A stretch of 64,000 nucleotides of DNA from Octopus vulgaris (lineage: Eukaryota): assembly GCA_951406725.2 (NCBI GenBank), contig OX597817.1, positions 132,928,001 to 132,992,000 of the forward strand, read 5' to 3'. Position numbers and translations under genes: made by a program. The notes under the pieces are model-generated. The model was not told where the DNA came from. It saw only the letters and a list, made by a program, of their open reading frames with translations, and searched no databases. This document shows positions 12,484 to 25,662 of this stretch, one piece after another (the stretch's first letter is position 1; each line of letters starts with the position of its first letter).

Positions 12484-12949
12484 ATGCGTGTGTATAATTG
12501 ATTTGAGATTGCAAAAATGATTAATATAATATTTTACTCCATCCCCCGCTCCATCACAGCTGCCCACATATCTATCTTTATAGTTCGTTGTAGGAAGCAT
12601 TGATCTTGCTTGTTGCCATAAATATTCTGTTTTCCTATCAATCGTCTTTTTTACATAAGGTTTGAAACATTAATTCTATTAGAGCAAATCGGGCAAGCTT
12701 CAAGATGTCTAGTCGATATATAAATATAAATAAATATTTATGTTAGGTTTGCGGTGCTTGTCTCAGTATTTGGGTAATTTCTGTAACATATGTATAGGAA
12801 TATGTGTGAGTAAAATGTATAAGATAAATAAACACACATATTTGTGTGAGTGAGCGTATGTACGTGGCTGTGTGTGTGTGTGTGTGTGTACATATACATG
12901 CATATAAGTATATATATATATATATACATAGAAGCAAATATATGCATTA

Positions 12950-13010
<61 letters not shown>

Positions 13011-13021
13011 TATATCCTAGA

Positions 13022-13058
<37 letters not shown>

Positions 13059-13974
13059 TATATCCTAGAATATACATGTATTCGTCTAGGTCATATGTGT
13101 GCTTGCATATGTGGATTAATGTGTACGAATATGTATGTATCTATGTATGAGTCTGTGTGTATATGTACACATTTTTATTTTATTTGTGCAAACATATATA
13201 TATATATGTATGCATGCTTACGTATATATAAATATGCATACATACTTACGTATATATTGATGTGTATATGTAATTATATTCATGTATATCGGAGATGTTT
13301 CTTTTTTTGTATGAGCATAGCTTCGTGTTCAGTTGTAACCTATGTGTACGTGAGTAGAATTTAAGAAACTTTATAAGGTATTTAGACGAAGGTTCATGAA
13401 TTCAGGCGAATATACAAATCAGGATTATATATACTAATCACTATATCATTTGTGCGAATGAGCTTCAATCAATATTGAAGAAATATTACACTCTCGATGC
13501 TGGTCTTAAGTTGCGTGTATGAGTGATTACGAAGTAAATTAATAGCAAATATATTAGTAGTATGAGTGATTAGTAAGTTAATGGAGAGAAATGTATAGAA
13601 TATTTTATAAACTCGTAAGATTTTCATAAACTGTTGAATATGTATTTTGGCGAGGTTTTTTAAGGAACTCGAATGAACGATGCAATGGCTGCAGTTTTGG
13701 AATTGTAGAACTGAGAGAACTATATACAGACGATGTTCTATAAAGTTCTTCGAGATATTCTGCTCTGTTTTTGTGTTGCATTTAGCAAAGGTCCATCGAA
13801 AATATACGAAAAATGTGTATAGATTTATTTTTATGGAGGATTGGTGTATAAACACATCGTTCATATGGTGTGATACTATGTTATAGGAATGTAAAACGAC
13901 AAAACATAGTGATGATATGGTTTAAGCCGCCTTATTGTTATCTAAACCTAATACAAACTTATATTCCTCTACAC

Positions 13975-14471
13975 CGGTGTTTCTCAACCTTTTTACCCTT
14001 GCTTAATTCTTAAAATAAATTACATGCATCAAGGAACCCCTGAACAAAAAAGATTATGTAGCATATCTATCTATCTAGCTATCTATCTCTATACATAGAC
14101 ACACACATATGTGAACCCCTATAGGCGCAGAATGGCTGTGTGGCAAGGAGCTTGCTTCCAAACCTCACGGTTCCGAGTTGAGACCCACTGTGTGGCACCT
14201 CGGGCAAGTGTCTTCTACTAAGGCTTCGGGCAGACTAAAGATTTGTGAGTGGATTTGGTTGACGGAAACTGAAAGAAGCCCGTCATGTATACATATATAT
14301 AAATGTATATATAGGGGGAGAATTCACACAAAAAAACAAAAGACGAAGACAGGTGGTGTAGACAACAAACAGATGTACTAGTATAACGCTCGAGAAGTGA
14401 AAAAGTCTTTAACATTTCGAGCCTACGCTCTTCCGCATATACATATATGCATACATGCATACATACATACA

Positions 14472-14502
<31 letters not shown>

Positions 14503-15043
14503 GTATATATATAGGTGTGTGTGTGTGTGTGTATGTGTATGTATGTATGTATGTATGAATGTATGTATTTGTGTGTCTGTGTTTGTCTCCCCCCACCATC
14601 GATTGACACTGATGCTGATGTGTTAATCGGCGGTTCGGCAAAAGAGACCTATAGTATAAATACTAGGTTAACAAAGAATAAGTCCTTGGGTGCTCCAGCA
14701 TGACTGCAGTCAAATGACAGGGAAAAAATTAAAAGAATAAAAGTATATAATTACACACACACACACATATGTATGTATGTATGTGTATATGTGCGTGTGT
14801 GTGTGTGTGTGTGTGTGTATTAATAACTGGTTTAAGTAAAAATTAATACTTCTTTGATAGCATAACAGGTTAGAAAGGATGATTCTATATTACAATATTA
14901 CAATAACCAATAATATGTTGTGTATGTAAAGTAATGTTACTTTCATGAAATTAGCATTAGCTTGTCTCAATCTTTTTCGCAAAACCCCTAGGAACCTTTT
15001 GTGGAAGCCTAGGGTTCCGGGGAACCCTGTTTGAGAAACGCTG
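13975..15043. mobile_element. Non-autonomous hAT (Charlie-like) element with nested insertions
   Basis: TIRs CGGTGTTTCTCAACC and GTTTGAGAAACGCTG; 8-bp TSD CTCTACAC (13967-13974) and CTCTTCAC (15044-15051), 7/8 match. Confidence 0.85.
14123..14742 (+). mobile_element. SINE family A, interrupted by a PLE-type fragment at about 14317-14437
   Basis: AGGCGCAGAATGGCTGTGTGG head; tail GGTGCTCCAGCATGACTGCAGTCAAATGAC; the insert matches 26750-26880. Confidence 0.8.
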
Positions 15044-16116
15044 CTCTTCACCAAAAGATTCACCGAACTATAAACTGTAAATACTGTTAATGTGATGTAC
15101 AATTCTGAGAATGTCTTTATCTGTATTGTTGTGGTCAAGAAGTGATCTCTAATATATTGAAATACAAACATGATCCCTACGCGATGGTAACTATCATAAC
15201 GCCAGTACTTGTCCCCTCCCCAATATATACATTAAAAACGTGTAGATCTTAAATGAACTGATACTGATGAAAACCATGAAATATTTCTACCCGAAAGTAC
15301 TTTTAAGATAAGATATAAAGATATCGATGTATAAGGTTAAAAAAAAAGAACGAAAGGATCACTACCTTCTCTAAATATTTCCAAAATCTGGAGAATGAAG
15401 ACATCTATAATTCCAAAAGAAAGTCGTCAATATCGACATCACACCCTCATCTGTTAACAGGCTCATATAACTTCCGTGCTTATCAGAATAATATAATATT
15501 GTCACAGCCACCTAATATGCTAAATTCAAAGATGGAAATACTTTCTCCTTGTCTTCATAAGTAGATGTACAAATCACGAGCATTTACTTTATCGCACAGG
15601 TAAATAACATAATACATTGTTGTTATAACTAGCAATCACACGCAGAAACTTTTACCTGTGCATGTCAACTCCTTTCCTTTTTGTTGACTTTCATCCATAT
15701 TTGCACAAAGCGTTGCAATCCTCCTAGACCGGCAAACAGACTGAGAGACACCAGCGCAAGCGCAATATTCTTTTATCTGCATGTGTATGCATATCTCAAT
15801 GTACGTGTTTACATGTGAACACAAAAACATAACGCTATACTGCGTTACTCAATCAAGCATGCCTTGCCTGCAAACAATAGCGTCATGTGCCGAATCTCAA
15901 TTCATTTCGGAGAATTTAAACCACTCACGTTTCTGAATACTTTGGTCGATTGGTCAGGCAGACATATAGAATGCATTACATCTTTATGTGTGTACGCATG
16001 TATATTAATAATGCCCGCTTTTATTTATAGCTGTTCATAAAAGTATCGAAGACTTTATTGAAGAATCACCATGTGTGTCTGTCTGTTTGTGTATGTGGGT
16101 GTATTTGTATGCGTGT

Positions 16117-16189
<73 letters not shown>

Positions 16190-16195
16190 TGTGTG

Positions 16196-16501
16196 TGAAG
16201 GCACGTAGCCCAGTGGTGAGAGCGTTGCACTCGCGATCGCTAGTTTGCGAGTCCGATTCCCGGACCAGCCGTTCTGTTCTGTTGTGTTGTTGAGCAAAAC
16301 ACTTCCTTACACGTTGGTCCAGTCCGCTCGGCTGTAAATGGGTGACCCTGCAAGAACTAGCCATCCGATCAGGGTGGAGTGGGTTAGCCTGCTCACCACT
16401 TCGCCACCTCAACAGCGGCGAATGCTAAAAAGGTGCAAAATGTATTGTGACCAGCTATGTATAACAACATCCGATAGTCTGGTCAATCATGTGATCACGT
16501 G

Positions 16502-16503
<2 letters not shown>
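16196..16503 (+). mobile_element. tRNA-derived SINE (family D variant)
   Basis: GAAGGCACGTAGCCCAGTGG A-box, GAGTCCGATTCC B-box, TTGAGCAAAACACTT core. Confidence 0.75.
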
Positions 16504-16537
<34 letters not shown>

Positions 16538-16978
16538 TTATATATTTGTATTTATATATCCCGCCATCTTTTGATCATATTATGCATGGAGCAACGTTGC
16601 GAAGCAGTTGCGATGTAATACTGCGCTCTTGTGACATATAAGGAAATAATATGAATATCTTAACCGGGTGCATAAAGGTAACGTGTTTGCAGAAAGAAGG
16701 GGAAATAATCTATACGGGGTGGGGTGGGAACGAGACAAAGAGAAAAAAGGGGAGGAGAGTAATCGTGGAAAGGAAAGATGTTAGATTTCCTGAAATTAGG
16801 TCGCCGTTTTATATATATATATTAATTCTGTTTTTTATATAAATTTTCATCTGTCCTGCCCGCCAAATTTGGTTCTGGTGTTCGCTGAATTTTTCCTCTA
16901 GAGAAATTTCTTTGTAGTTTGATCGTTGATGATCTATTTCTAGCATACGGCCGACTACCTAGCAGTCTTGCCCTGCCA

Positions 16979-17029
<51 letters not shown>

Positions 17030-17032
17030 CGC

Positions 17033-17092
<60 letters not shown>

Positions 17093-17575
17093 ACAGATTC
17101 ATAGATAGATCCAAGTATCAAGATGTAGGAAGAAAAGTTAGCTTCAAGCAATCCATAGTAAATATAAAAAACAACTTTCAGTGACAATAGTGGTTTATTG
17201 AGACGGAAGGTTGTAGATTTTTTCGTATCGAAGTACGATTAACTGAAAAAAGTTCTTTTTATATTTCACGATAGGCGACCAGAGTGGCTGGGTATGCAAA
17301 TAAGTATACAAGAGTTACAGAATGGAGTAGGTAAGATCCGGACGACATATGTTTCATAGCGAGCGGAACCTCTTTCTTGGTATTGTCTATCCGGATGATT
17401 TGTTGTCTCTTTTTTGTATCACCTGTCTGCATATTTTGCGTTTTTGTCCCATTTTGTATTTTATATATATATATGAACAGATGAGTGTATTTTTACCATG
17501 TTAACAATTAACACGGAAAAAAAAATAGTTACCAGGGTAGCAAAAATCTCACAAGTAAAGATGTTGTAACTCCTT

Positions 17576-17702
<127 letters not shown>

Positions 17703-17726
17703 TGTATGTATGTATGTATGTGTATG

Positions 17727-17770
<44 letters not shown>

Positions 17771-17808
17771 GTGTGTGTCTATATATATGCGTATATATAT
17801 TTGTATAG

Positions 17809-18190
17809 TGGAGGCACAATGGCCCAGTGGTTAAGGCAGCGGACTCGCGGTCATAGGATCGCGGTTTCGATTCCCAGACCGGGCGTTGTGAGTGTTTATT
17901 GAGCGAAAACACCTAAAGCTCCACGAGGCTCCGGCAGGGGATGGTGGTGATCCCTGCTGTACTCTTTCACCACAACTTCCTCACACTCTTACTTCCTGTT
18001 TCTGTTGTACCTGTATTTCAAAGGGCCGGCTTTGTCACTCTCTATGTCACGCTGAATATCCCCGAGAACTGCGTTAAGGGTACACGTGTCTGTGGAGTAC
18101 TCAGCCACTTACACGTTAATTTCACGAGCAGGCTGTTCCGTTGATTCGGATCAACCGGAACCCTCATCGTCGTAACCGACGGAGTGCTTC
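17809..18190 (+). mobile_element. Full-length tRNA-derived SINE (family C)
   Basis: TGGCCCAGTGG A-box, GTTTCGATTCC B-box; tail AATTTCACGAGCAGGCTGTTCCG...CGTCGTAACCGACGGAG shared with 35819 and 47530. Confidence 0.88.
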
Positions 18191-18194
18191 CATA

Positions 18195-18246
<52 letters not shown>

Positions 18247-18639
18247 TACACAAAAAGATAGACTGGTAGAGAGCCTAATACACAGAGTTAGAGATAGATA
18301 GATAGAGAGAGAGAGAGAGAAATGAAGTGTAAGGAAGTAAAGAAGAAAAACAACAACCGCACCAACAACAGCAACAACATCGGCATCAAGCTCCTAGTTT
18401 TGAATAATTAAAGTTTAGTTGATTTGTAATTTTGGGGTCATTAAGTGAAGACAGATTGCAATGTAGGGTAAGGGAGTGAAGGGGTTGCTGTTGTTGTTGT
18501 TGTTTATTTCAGGTGATGATGTTTGATACGGCCTACCTACGATGGCCATCGCAGTCCAGTATGTACGCCTTTCGCTGTGTGGTTCGAGAGAGACTTTGAC
18601 TGCTATGTTTAGCAAATCGATCTGTTGACGACGTAGTGG

Positions 18640-19440
18640 AGGAGGGAGGGAGGGAGGGAACACCCGCTTTGAGCGGTGTCGAAGTGTAAATGGGAGGAAA
18701 GAGTGGTGGTAGAAGGAAGCGGTGGAGAAGGAGGCGGATGGAATAAAGAGTAGTGTGAAATGATGAGGGACGAGAGAAGTGAGGGGGTAAAGGAGGAGGG
18801 GGAGGGGGAGGAAAATGAAAAATATAGGAAAATGATTAAAAGGGAGAGGAGGATGAGGAGAAGTGAGAGGAAGAGATATGAGGGGAGAGGAAGAGAAATA
18901 GGACATTGTGGTCGGAAAGAGGAGAGAGGGAGAGTAAATGGTGGGATAGAGGGGAAGAAGGTGAATGAAGCGTGGAAGAAGTGGAAGAAGAAGAAGAAGA
19001 AGAAGAAGAAGATGAAGAAGAAGAATAAGAAAAACAACTACAACAACAACAACAACAATAACAAGTGAAGGAGGAGGAGGAGGCGGTGGAAAAGAAGAAG
19101 AACAAGAAGAACAACATGAAGGAGGAGGAGGAGGAGGAGGACTAGGAGGAGGCGGTGATGAGGATGAGAATGACGATGACGATGACCATGGTGGCGGCGT
19201 CGGTGGCGTCGGCAACAGTAAAAATGAGGATAATCGCAGAAGAGATAAAATAAAAAGAGAATGAAATAAGGAAAGAAAGGAAAGAAAAATGGTGAAGAAA
19301 TATGAAGGAAGAAAAGAAGAAAGAAACGAAAGTGAAAAAGGAAAGCGAGAAGGACAGACAGAGAAGAAGGGAAGAAAAAAAAACAAAGAAAAGGAATAGA
19401 AAGAGTGAGTGGCGAAGAGAAAAGAAAAAAAAATGGGTTT
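18640..19440. repeat. Purine-rich low-complexity tract (GAA/GGA/AAC)
   Basis: Strong A/G strand bias with triplet runs. Confidence 0.85.
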
Positions 19441-19524
19441 TGGGGTAATTTGAAAAGATGGAGAAGTCTGAAAAAGTTGTTGAGTTTATATTAAGGAGAC
19501 TTGGGTGAAGAACGAGGGTTAAGT

Positions 19525-19587
<63 letters not shown>

Positions 19588-19792
19588 GAGGTGGTGGAGG
19601 GATGAGGGGAAGAGGAGGAGGAAGAGGAGGGGGAGAAGATGTATAAAGAAGGGAAGAGAGGGAGGGAGAGTAAGGAAACAGTGCAGGTTGTTGTTATTGT
19701 TTGTGGTGGTGGTGCCGGTGGTGCTGGTCGTGGTGCTGGTGGTAGTGCTGGTGGTAGCGGCGTGATGCTTTGGACTGGCTGAGGAGTATATT

Positions 19793-19843
19793 ATATCTAT
19801 ATGTATATATGCATGTATACAAACGTATATGTACATACTTACA

Positions 19844-19896
<53 letters not shown>

Positions 19897-20160
19897 ATAT
19901 ATATATATAAATATATATACACAAACAAATACACACACACACATGCATATATGGATATATATGCGTATATGTGTGTTTGTATATGTGTGTGTCTGTGCGT
20001 GTGTGTGTATTCAGATACATGTCTTTCCACAATGTACGTGAATATGTGGAAAGACATGTATCTGAATACACACACACATGCACACACAAACACACACACA
20101 TACACAAACACACATATACGCATATATATCCATATATGCATGTGTGTGTGTGTATTTGTT

Positions 20161-20226
<66 letters not shown>

Positions 20227-20277
20227 TGTAAGTATGTACATATACGTTTGTATACATGCATATATGCATATAGATAT
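19793..20277. repeat. Long palindrome (about 235-bp arms, 13-nt spacer)
   Basis: 19793-20031 is the reverse complement of 20045-20277, including the non-repetitive segments GCATGTATACAAACGTATATGTACATACTTACATTAA and TATTCAGATACATGTCTTTCCACA. Confidence 0.93.
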
Positions 20278-20290
20278 GTTTGAATGTATG

Positions 20291-20342
<52 letters not shown>

Positions 20343-20530
20343 TATGTATGTGTGAGTGTCTGTGTGTGTATACACAGACACATATGTATACACATACATA
20401 TATATATATTATCACTTCTCATCATTATTAATTACGTATATAGTGAGAGAAATGTGTTCACATATATACATGCACACACACACGTATAAATATCTATATA
20501 TATACACATACACACATATATATATGAACG

Positions 20531-20569
<39 letters not shown>

Positions 20570-21493
20570 ATGTGTGCGTGTGTGGCGAGACAGAGATAGA
20601 GAGGGGGGAGGAGAAAATGAGTGGGGAAGTGTGGAGGCTGTTTTGTGACAAGCAGCTGTACTCAATATGGAAACCGTGAAAGGAGTTACGATTGGAACTG
20701 TAAGGCTTTCGATTTAGAAGAATGAAACTAACTGGAGAGGTGAGATATACACCGGAGGTGGCGGCGGTGGCGGTGGCGGTGGCAGTGGTGGTGGTGGTGG
20801 TGGTGAGTATAATGTTGAGAAAGAAAGAGGGGGGAAAGAAAGTGAGAGAGAGTGAGGGAGAGAGAGAGGGAGAGAGAGGAGTGTTGAGTGGCTGGGGCAA
20901 GTCTTGCATCAACATCACTTGAAGTGACTTTATATCACAACAGCTTTCAGCCAAGCAAGCACGCGACCCGGTCAGCATTCATTGATGGTTTTATAATAGC
21001 ACTTTAAAGCGTTTGTAATTACGTCGAAGTTGTAGAGAATACAATGGCGCCCGGCCATATGTCACTGACACGATTATGAGCATGCGCAAGACGTCGGTTT
21101 ATGGCCGACGATGTTTTACGTTTTTCATAGCTTTTCGGCTTTTCGTGACTGGAAACTATCCAATGTGTCTGGCAATTCGTTAGAAAAATTTAAAATAAAG
21201 GATAACGGTCACACCCGTCGATTTCCGCGTATGAGCGTTCGAAGGAAAAAGCGATTAAAAATAAAAGAAGCTGCATCTATTTGCGATGGATGTAATTTGA
21301 GTCCAGGTATGGATTTTGCGGTGAGGTCGATGGGGACACAGGGGATTTTGATTTTGTCTGGGATAGGACAAGTGTCTGTAGATTACAATATATATTTCGT
21401 TTATTGTCCAGTTTCTTCAGCTCGAATTGTTTAGATGTATCATGACAGAGTTTACGAAAAATAATTAATTAATATATATATATAAACTGTTAG

Positions 21494-21648
21494 TAGATTA
21501 TTTACATTATTTACATTCGACGGATATTTGTCCTCGTCTAGTTTGTTGTTAACGCAACGTTTCGGCTGATATACCCTCCAGCCTTCTTCAGGTGTCTTGG
21601 AGAAATTTCGAACCTGGGTTCTCATTCCTAAGGTATTTTTCGATGTTG

Positions 21649-21688
<40 letters not shown>

Positions 21689-21690
21689 CA

Positions 21691-21775
<85 letters not shown>

Positions 21776-21956
21776 TATTGTTTAGGTCACTGCTTGGAAT
21801 CAAACTCGAAATCTTGGTGGTAATAGCCCGCGCTCTTAACCACTACACCATATGCCCGTGGGCATGTTAACAACAAACAAGATGAGGACAAATATCCGTC
21901 GAAGGTAAATAATGTAAATAATGTACATAATTCCTCATCTCTTAAATATAGAACTG
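21494..21956 (-). mobile_element. Composite retroelement: tRNA-like head + (AAT)n + hammerhead + tail, with inverted tail copy
   Basis: 11-bp TSD TAAACTGTTAG at 21483-21493 and 21957-21967; A/B-box-like motifs within 21785-21857 (-); tail 21498-21553 (-) duplicated in inverted orientation from 21865 (+), where it extends to 21956. Confidence 0.85.
21551..21596 (-). ncRNA. Minimal type I hammerhead ribozyme motif
   Basis: GACAC-CUGAAGA-A-GGCUG(gagggtatat)CAGCC-GAAAC-GUU-GCGUU; palindromic AACGUU stem III; one mismatch in stem I. Confidence 0.75.
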
Positions 21957-22108
21957 TAAACTGTTAGCGTTGACACATAATGTACGTTACAATATCGAAG
22001 GATTTTTCCATTCATTAAAATTGATGTTTTATCCCACAAACAACATCACTGTTTGTATTTTTGTCGCCACAAATAGCTCGTTAGCAAATCTTTGCTATAT
22101 CTCATACA

Positions 22109-22360
22109 GTGGAGGCGTGTGGCTTAATGGTTAGAGTATCAGCACTATGATCGTAAGATTGTGGTTTCGATTCCTGGACCGGGCGACGCGTAGTGTTCTT
22201 GAGCAAAACACTTTCACGTTGCTCCAGTCCACTCAGCTGGCAAAAATGAGTAACGCTGCGATGGACTGGAGTCCCGTCCAGCTGGGGAACACATACACCA
22301 TTGAAACTGGGAATCCGGGTCCATGAGCCTGGCTAGGCTTTGAAAGGGCGCATTTATTTT
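22109..22360 (+). mobile_element. tRNA-derived SINE (family D variant)
   Basis: A/B boxes and CTTGAGCAAAACACTT core; flanked by direct repeat TATATCTCATACAG (about 22096-22109 and 22364-22377), a likely TSD. Confidence 0.85.
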
Positions 22361-22626
22361 ATTTATATCTCATACAGCGTTGACTTGTCTGTCGTGTTTT
22401 AATATTTCTATAACAGTGTCCTGGTTGTAGTGTCTTAATTTTTATACAATATCTTGTCTGTTGTGTCACAATAATTATATATCAATGTCTTAGCTGTAGT
22501 CTTATGATATTTATGCAGTGATATCAATGTTATATAATGATAACTCCTCTATAGTGTTATAATGTTTATATAGCAGTGTTTTGTCAGTAGTATTGTAATA
22601 TTTAAGTATGATACACATTAACATCT

Positions 22627-24060
22627 CGTAGCAACGGCTCGAGAGCCAGGTCGTAGAGGAAGTGTGAGATTGTGCACTCTTGACGGACTGAATGTTACTA
22701 AACAACTCCGATAGGTAACCATTTACTCAGACCACCGAACATATGTTGCTGTACATTGCAAGACCAAAACCAACCACCGCTAGGACAGCCTCAAATATTG
22801 ATAGTCAACCCTATAGAAATCTTTCGATTGATTCAAATTGATTAGGGCCCCACCCCTGCCTAGTTTCTTGCCAACCCTCTATATGATGTAACACATGAGA
22901 TGGAGATTGTCATGGATTGATCTATTTGGGATAGCACATGTCAGCGTATCACGGGCCAGTCCATCAACGACAAGGGCCAAAATCTTGGCTAACACCTCGA
23001 TCAAAATCCTTTAGTCAGCGTTTAGTAGAGTCACAGGCCTAAAATTATCCAGATGGTTTCTCGTGTTCGGGTCCACTCTCAGCAGCACTACTTCACCCCG
23101 ACTCAAGGGCTACCGAAGGACTGGAAGATCTCCCATTCTGATGTCAGTTGCAGTAGACATTTGCCAAGAAGTCACCGAACAAGTCTGACATATGAAAGTA
23201 TAGTTCAAAGGGCAAGACATTCAGCTCCAGAGACGTCTTCCTTATGCAGCTACTGTGAGTACCTGGCCGAAGGTGAAATCCACCGACTCACTACACGCCG
23301 CGTACATCTCAACAGTGTTCGCTGAAATTCCAATTTCACCTGCTTGGATTCGAGAGACAAGCACCAGATCCAGACTATCAAAAGCCGAATTGTGACATGG
23401 TTGCCACGTTGCGCTTTTGTTCCCTAATATCTTAGAGCACGCGCCCTGGCTCTAACAACGAATTTGAGGAATTGGTAAAGAACCATGACGTCGGTCGTTC
23501 TCCCTTTTTTAAATGATTCGTCCAGCTTCTTAAATACGTCTCTACTCTTGACTTCTTTATTTCTATTTCTTGACGAATCCTCAAGGCCTCTATTCTAAAA
23601 GCCCATTTCGCGGCGGCTACCAGCCGTCTGTTGCTGACGATTGCACCCGTCAACGTTCGATGGACTAACTTGTTAAGTCGGTCTCTGACAGCTTGACAAA
23701 CCGGGAAAGACTCGTTCTGTTCCTAATATCCGACGCCTGTCCATGGAGCCTAAGTCAACTCCACAGATCACAAATTTGTGGTCTGTGTAGCCGACTACTT
23801 TAAACTGCGGACAAGCTATACTATCCCTGTCTGTAAGCCTACAGAAGAATCTACTTAGATACGATCTGGATGGCCTGATGCTGATTGCCTACGTCCACCT
23901 AGGTACATTCGGAAAATCCAGCCGGAACCTGTCTATCAGTTAAAATTACTGAACAGTTTTGCGAAACCTTTTCACCCTCACTTACCCTCCCTACATGATC
24001 AAGACGGGCATCCAATATGGCGTTCCAATCATCCACTAACACCAATGCGCGAGACATTCC
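22627..24060 (-). pseudogene. Decayed LINE ORF2 (APE endonuclease + RT), L1/Tx1-like
   Basis: Minus-strand motifs LVLVDDWNAILD, SRSYLSRFF...GYTDHKFV (endonuclease) and DNFRPVTLLNAD*RIL, LINLNQSK, SVRQEC..FLYDLALEPLL (RT); many stops and frameshifts. Confidence 0.88.
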
Positions 24061-25166
24061 CATGAAAATACACTTTGTGTATTTTCATGTTTCTAAACGG
24101 TTCATTTCCGCATTTTAGCTTTATTTCCAACGCTTTCATAATTTTTTTAAAATGCAGTTTATCTTCTCATGGTGGGCCTCAAGAACCAGCTTTCTTGTAA
24201 TCTACACAACCAATAGATAAGTTCTTTCTTATAAAATCGGAGCATGACAGTCTCAAAAAGAAAAAAAAGCACCCATCAATTTTGTAGTGCTTCTACTATT
24301 TATCATTATGCGATGTATGCGATGCTTTCTGTTAAAGAGCTTGAGATATTTACGAGTTGGTGTATTTGTTACATACACGACACAGCGCTGATGTCAGGAA
24401 TACGAACGCTGAAATATTGTTTGGTAATGTGTTTCTCTTTCGAATTGGCCAGTAGCAGTACTCATTTGTTTCTACTTCAGCTGCGCGGTGGGTGTCTGAA
24501 CCGAGAAGCTGGTTGGTACATTTGTACGAGCCTTAAACATTAGTGGGAAATCAAGCACTCTGACGAATGGTTATAATATTTGAATATTACAATATAGTTG
24601 ATTCTTAAACTATTTGAGAACAATAAACAATGAAATGCAATTGTAAAATATTGTAACAATAATAGTTACAGCTAATAATCAAAGGAATTTCACGGTCATT
24701 GCAAACTATTCATCTCATAGAAGGAAATACAAAAATCGTTGATTCCTATTGAAACTATCTAGTGACGGCCTATTGTCAGAGGAATCCATATGGTACAGTT
24801 AATACCGTACTACATTTCAATGGAAGTTATTTAAACAATGTAAAGCAAATATTGATGTTGATTTCAGGGAATGCATGGCGTGAAGCATTTCCACTCTGAT
24901 GCAAAGGAAGGGAAAATGGCACCCGCCCCCCCAAAAAAAAATAAAACAAAATAAACAAGCAATGAATATAATGCTTTGGTTTGGTATTTTGCTTTGTGAC
25001 GGAAAGAGTATAAATTTAGAGAAGATTGATTAAGGAGTGGTGGAATTTGTAGATCATGGTGAGTTTGATATCAAATGACTCATGGAGTAATTCGAACTCA
25101 AGTCACTGACCTCAAAAATAATTGAAGGATACTTAGTTCTTTGTCAGAAAACGCCACGGGAATGGG

Positions 25167-25263
<97 letters not shown>

Positions 25264-25285
25264 CCTATCTATCTATCTATCTATC
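25167..25285. repeat. (TCTA)n microsatellite
   Basis: Direct tandem repeat. Confidence 0.95.
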
Positions 25286-25360
25286 ATTCAATGTATCTGT
25301 CTCCATATATATATATATATATATATTACATTTCTAAATCTCTCAGAGAGAGCAGTAACT

Positions 25361-25401
<41 letters not shown>

Positions 25402-25479
25402 ACACGAGCGATTCAATACTTCATGTGTATTATTAACACCATACTTCTGGCCATGTAAAATATGGGAGATTTCGTGAAA

Positions 25480-25662
25480 TTAACATGCAAGTGGCTGGGT
25501 ACTCCACAGACCTGCATACTCTTAACACAGTTCTCAGTTAACAAGGCTGGCCCTTTGAAATACTCGTTTTAGCAGATCGGTACAACGTGAAAGAGAGTGC
25601 TTTACTCAAGGACATGACGCGCTGCTGGGAATCGAACAGGCGACCGTACGATCGCGCCTTCA
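25480..25662 (-). mobile_element. Internally deleted SINE fragment (C/D families)
   Basis: TCGTGAAATTAAC..GCAAGTGGCTG..ACTCCACAGAC and GGGAATCGAAC reverse B-box. Confidence 0.6.

Noticed and set aside
13469-13886. 131-aa and 68-aa overlapping ORFs
   Set aside because: No recognisable motif; cannot be distinguished from chance in AT-rich DNA
17809-17885. tRNA-like cloverleafs here and at 4132, 21785 and 22109
   Set aside because: Each continues into a SINE body and has imperfect stems, so they are not called tRNA genes
18415-19386. 323-aa ORF, the longest in the track
   Set aside because: It arises from a pyrimidine-rich low-complexity strand; no domain is recognisable
22380-22620. Degenerate repeat of about 33 bp, superficially array-like
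   Set aside because: A diverged minisatellite with no constant repeat and unique spacers; no CRISPR or prokaryotic operon features anywhere in the window
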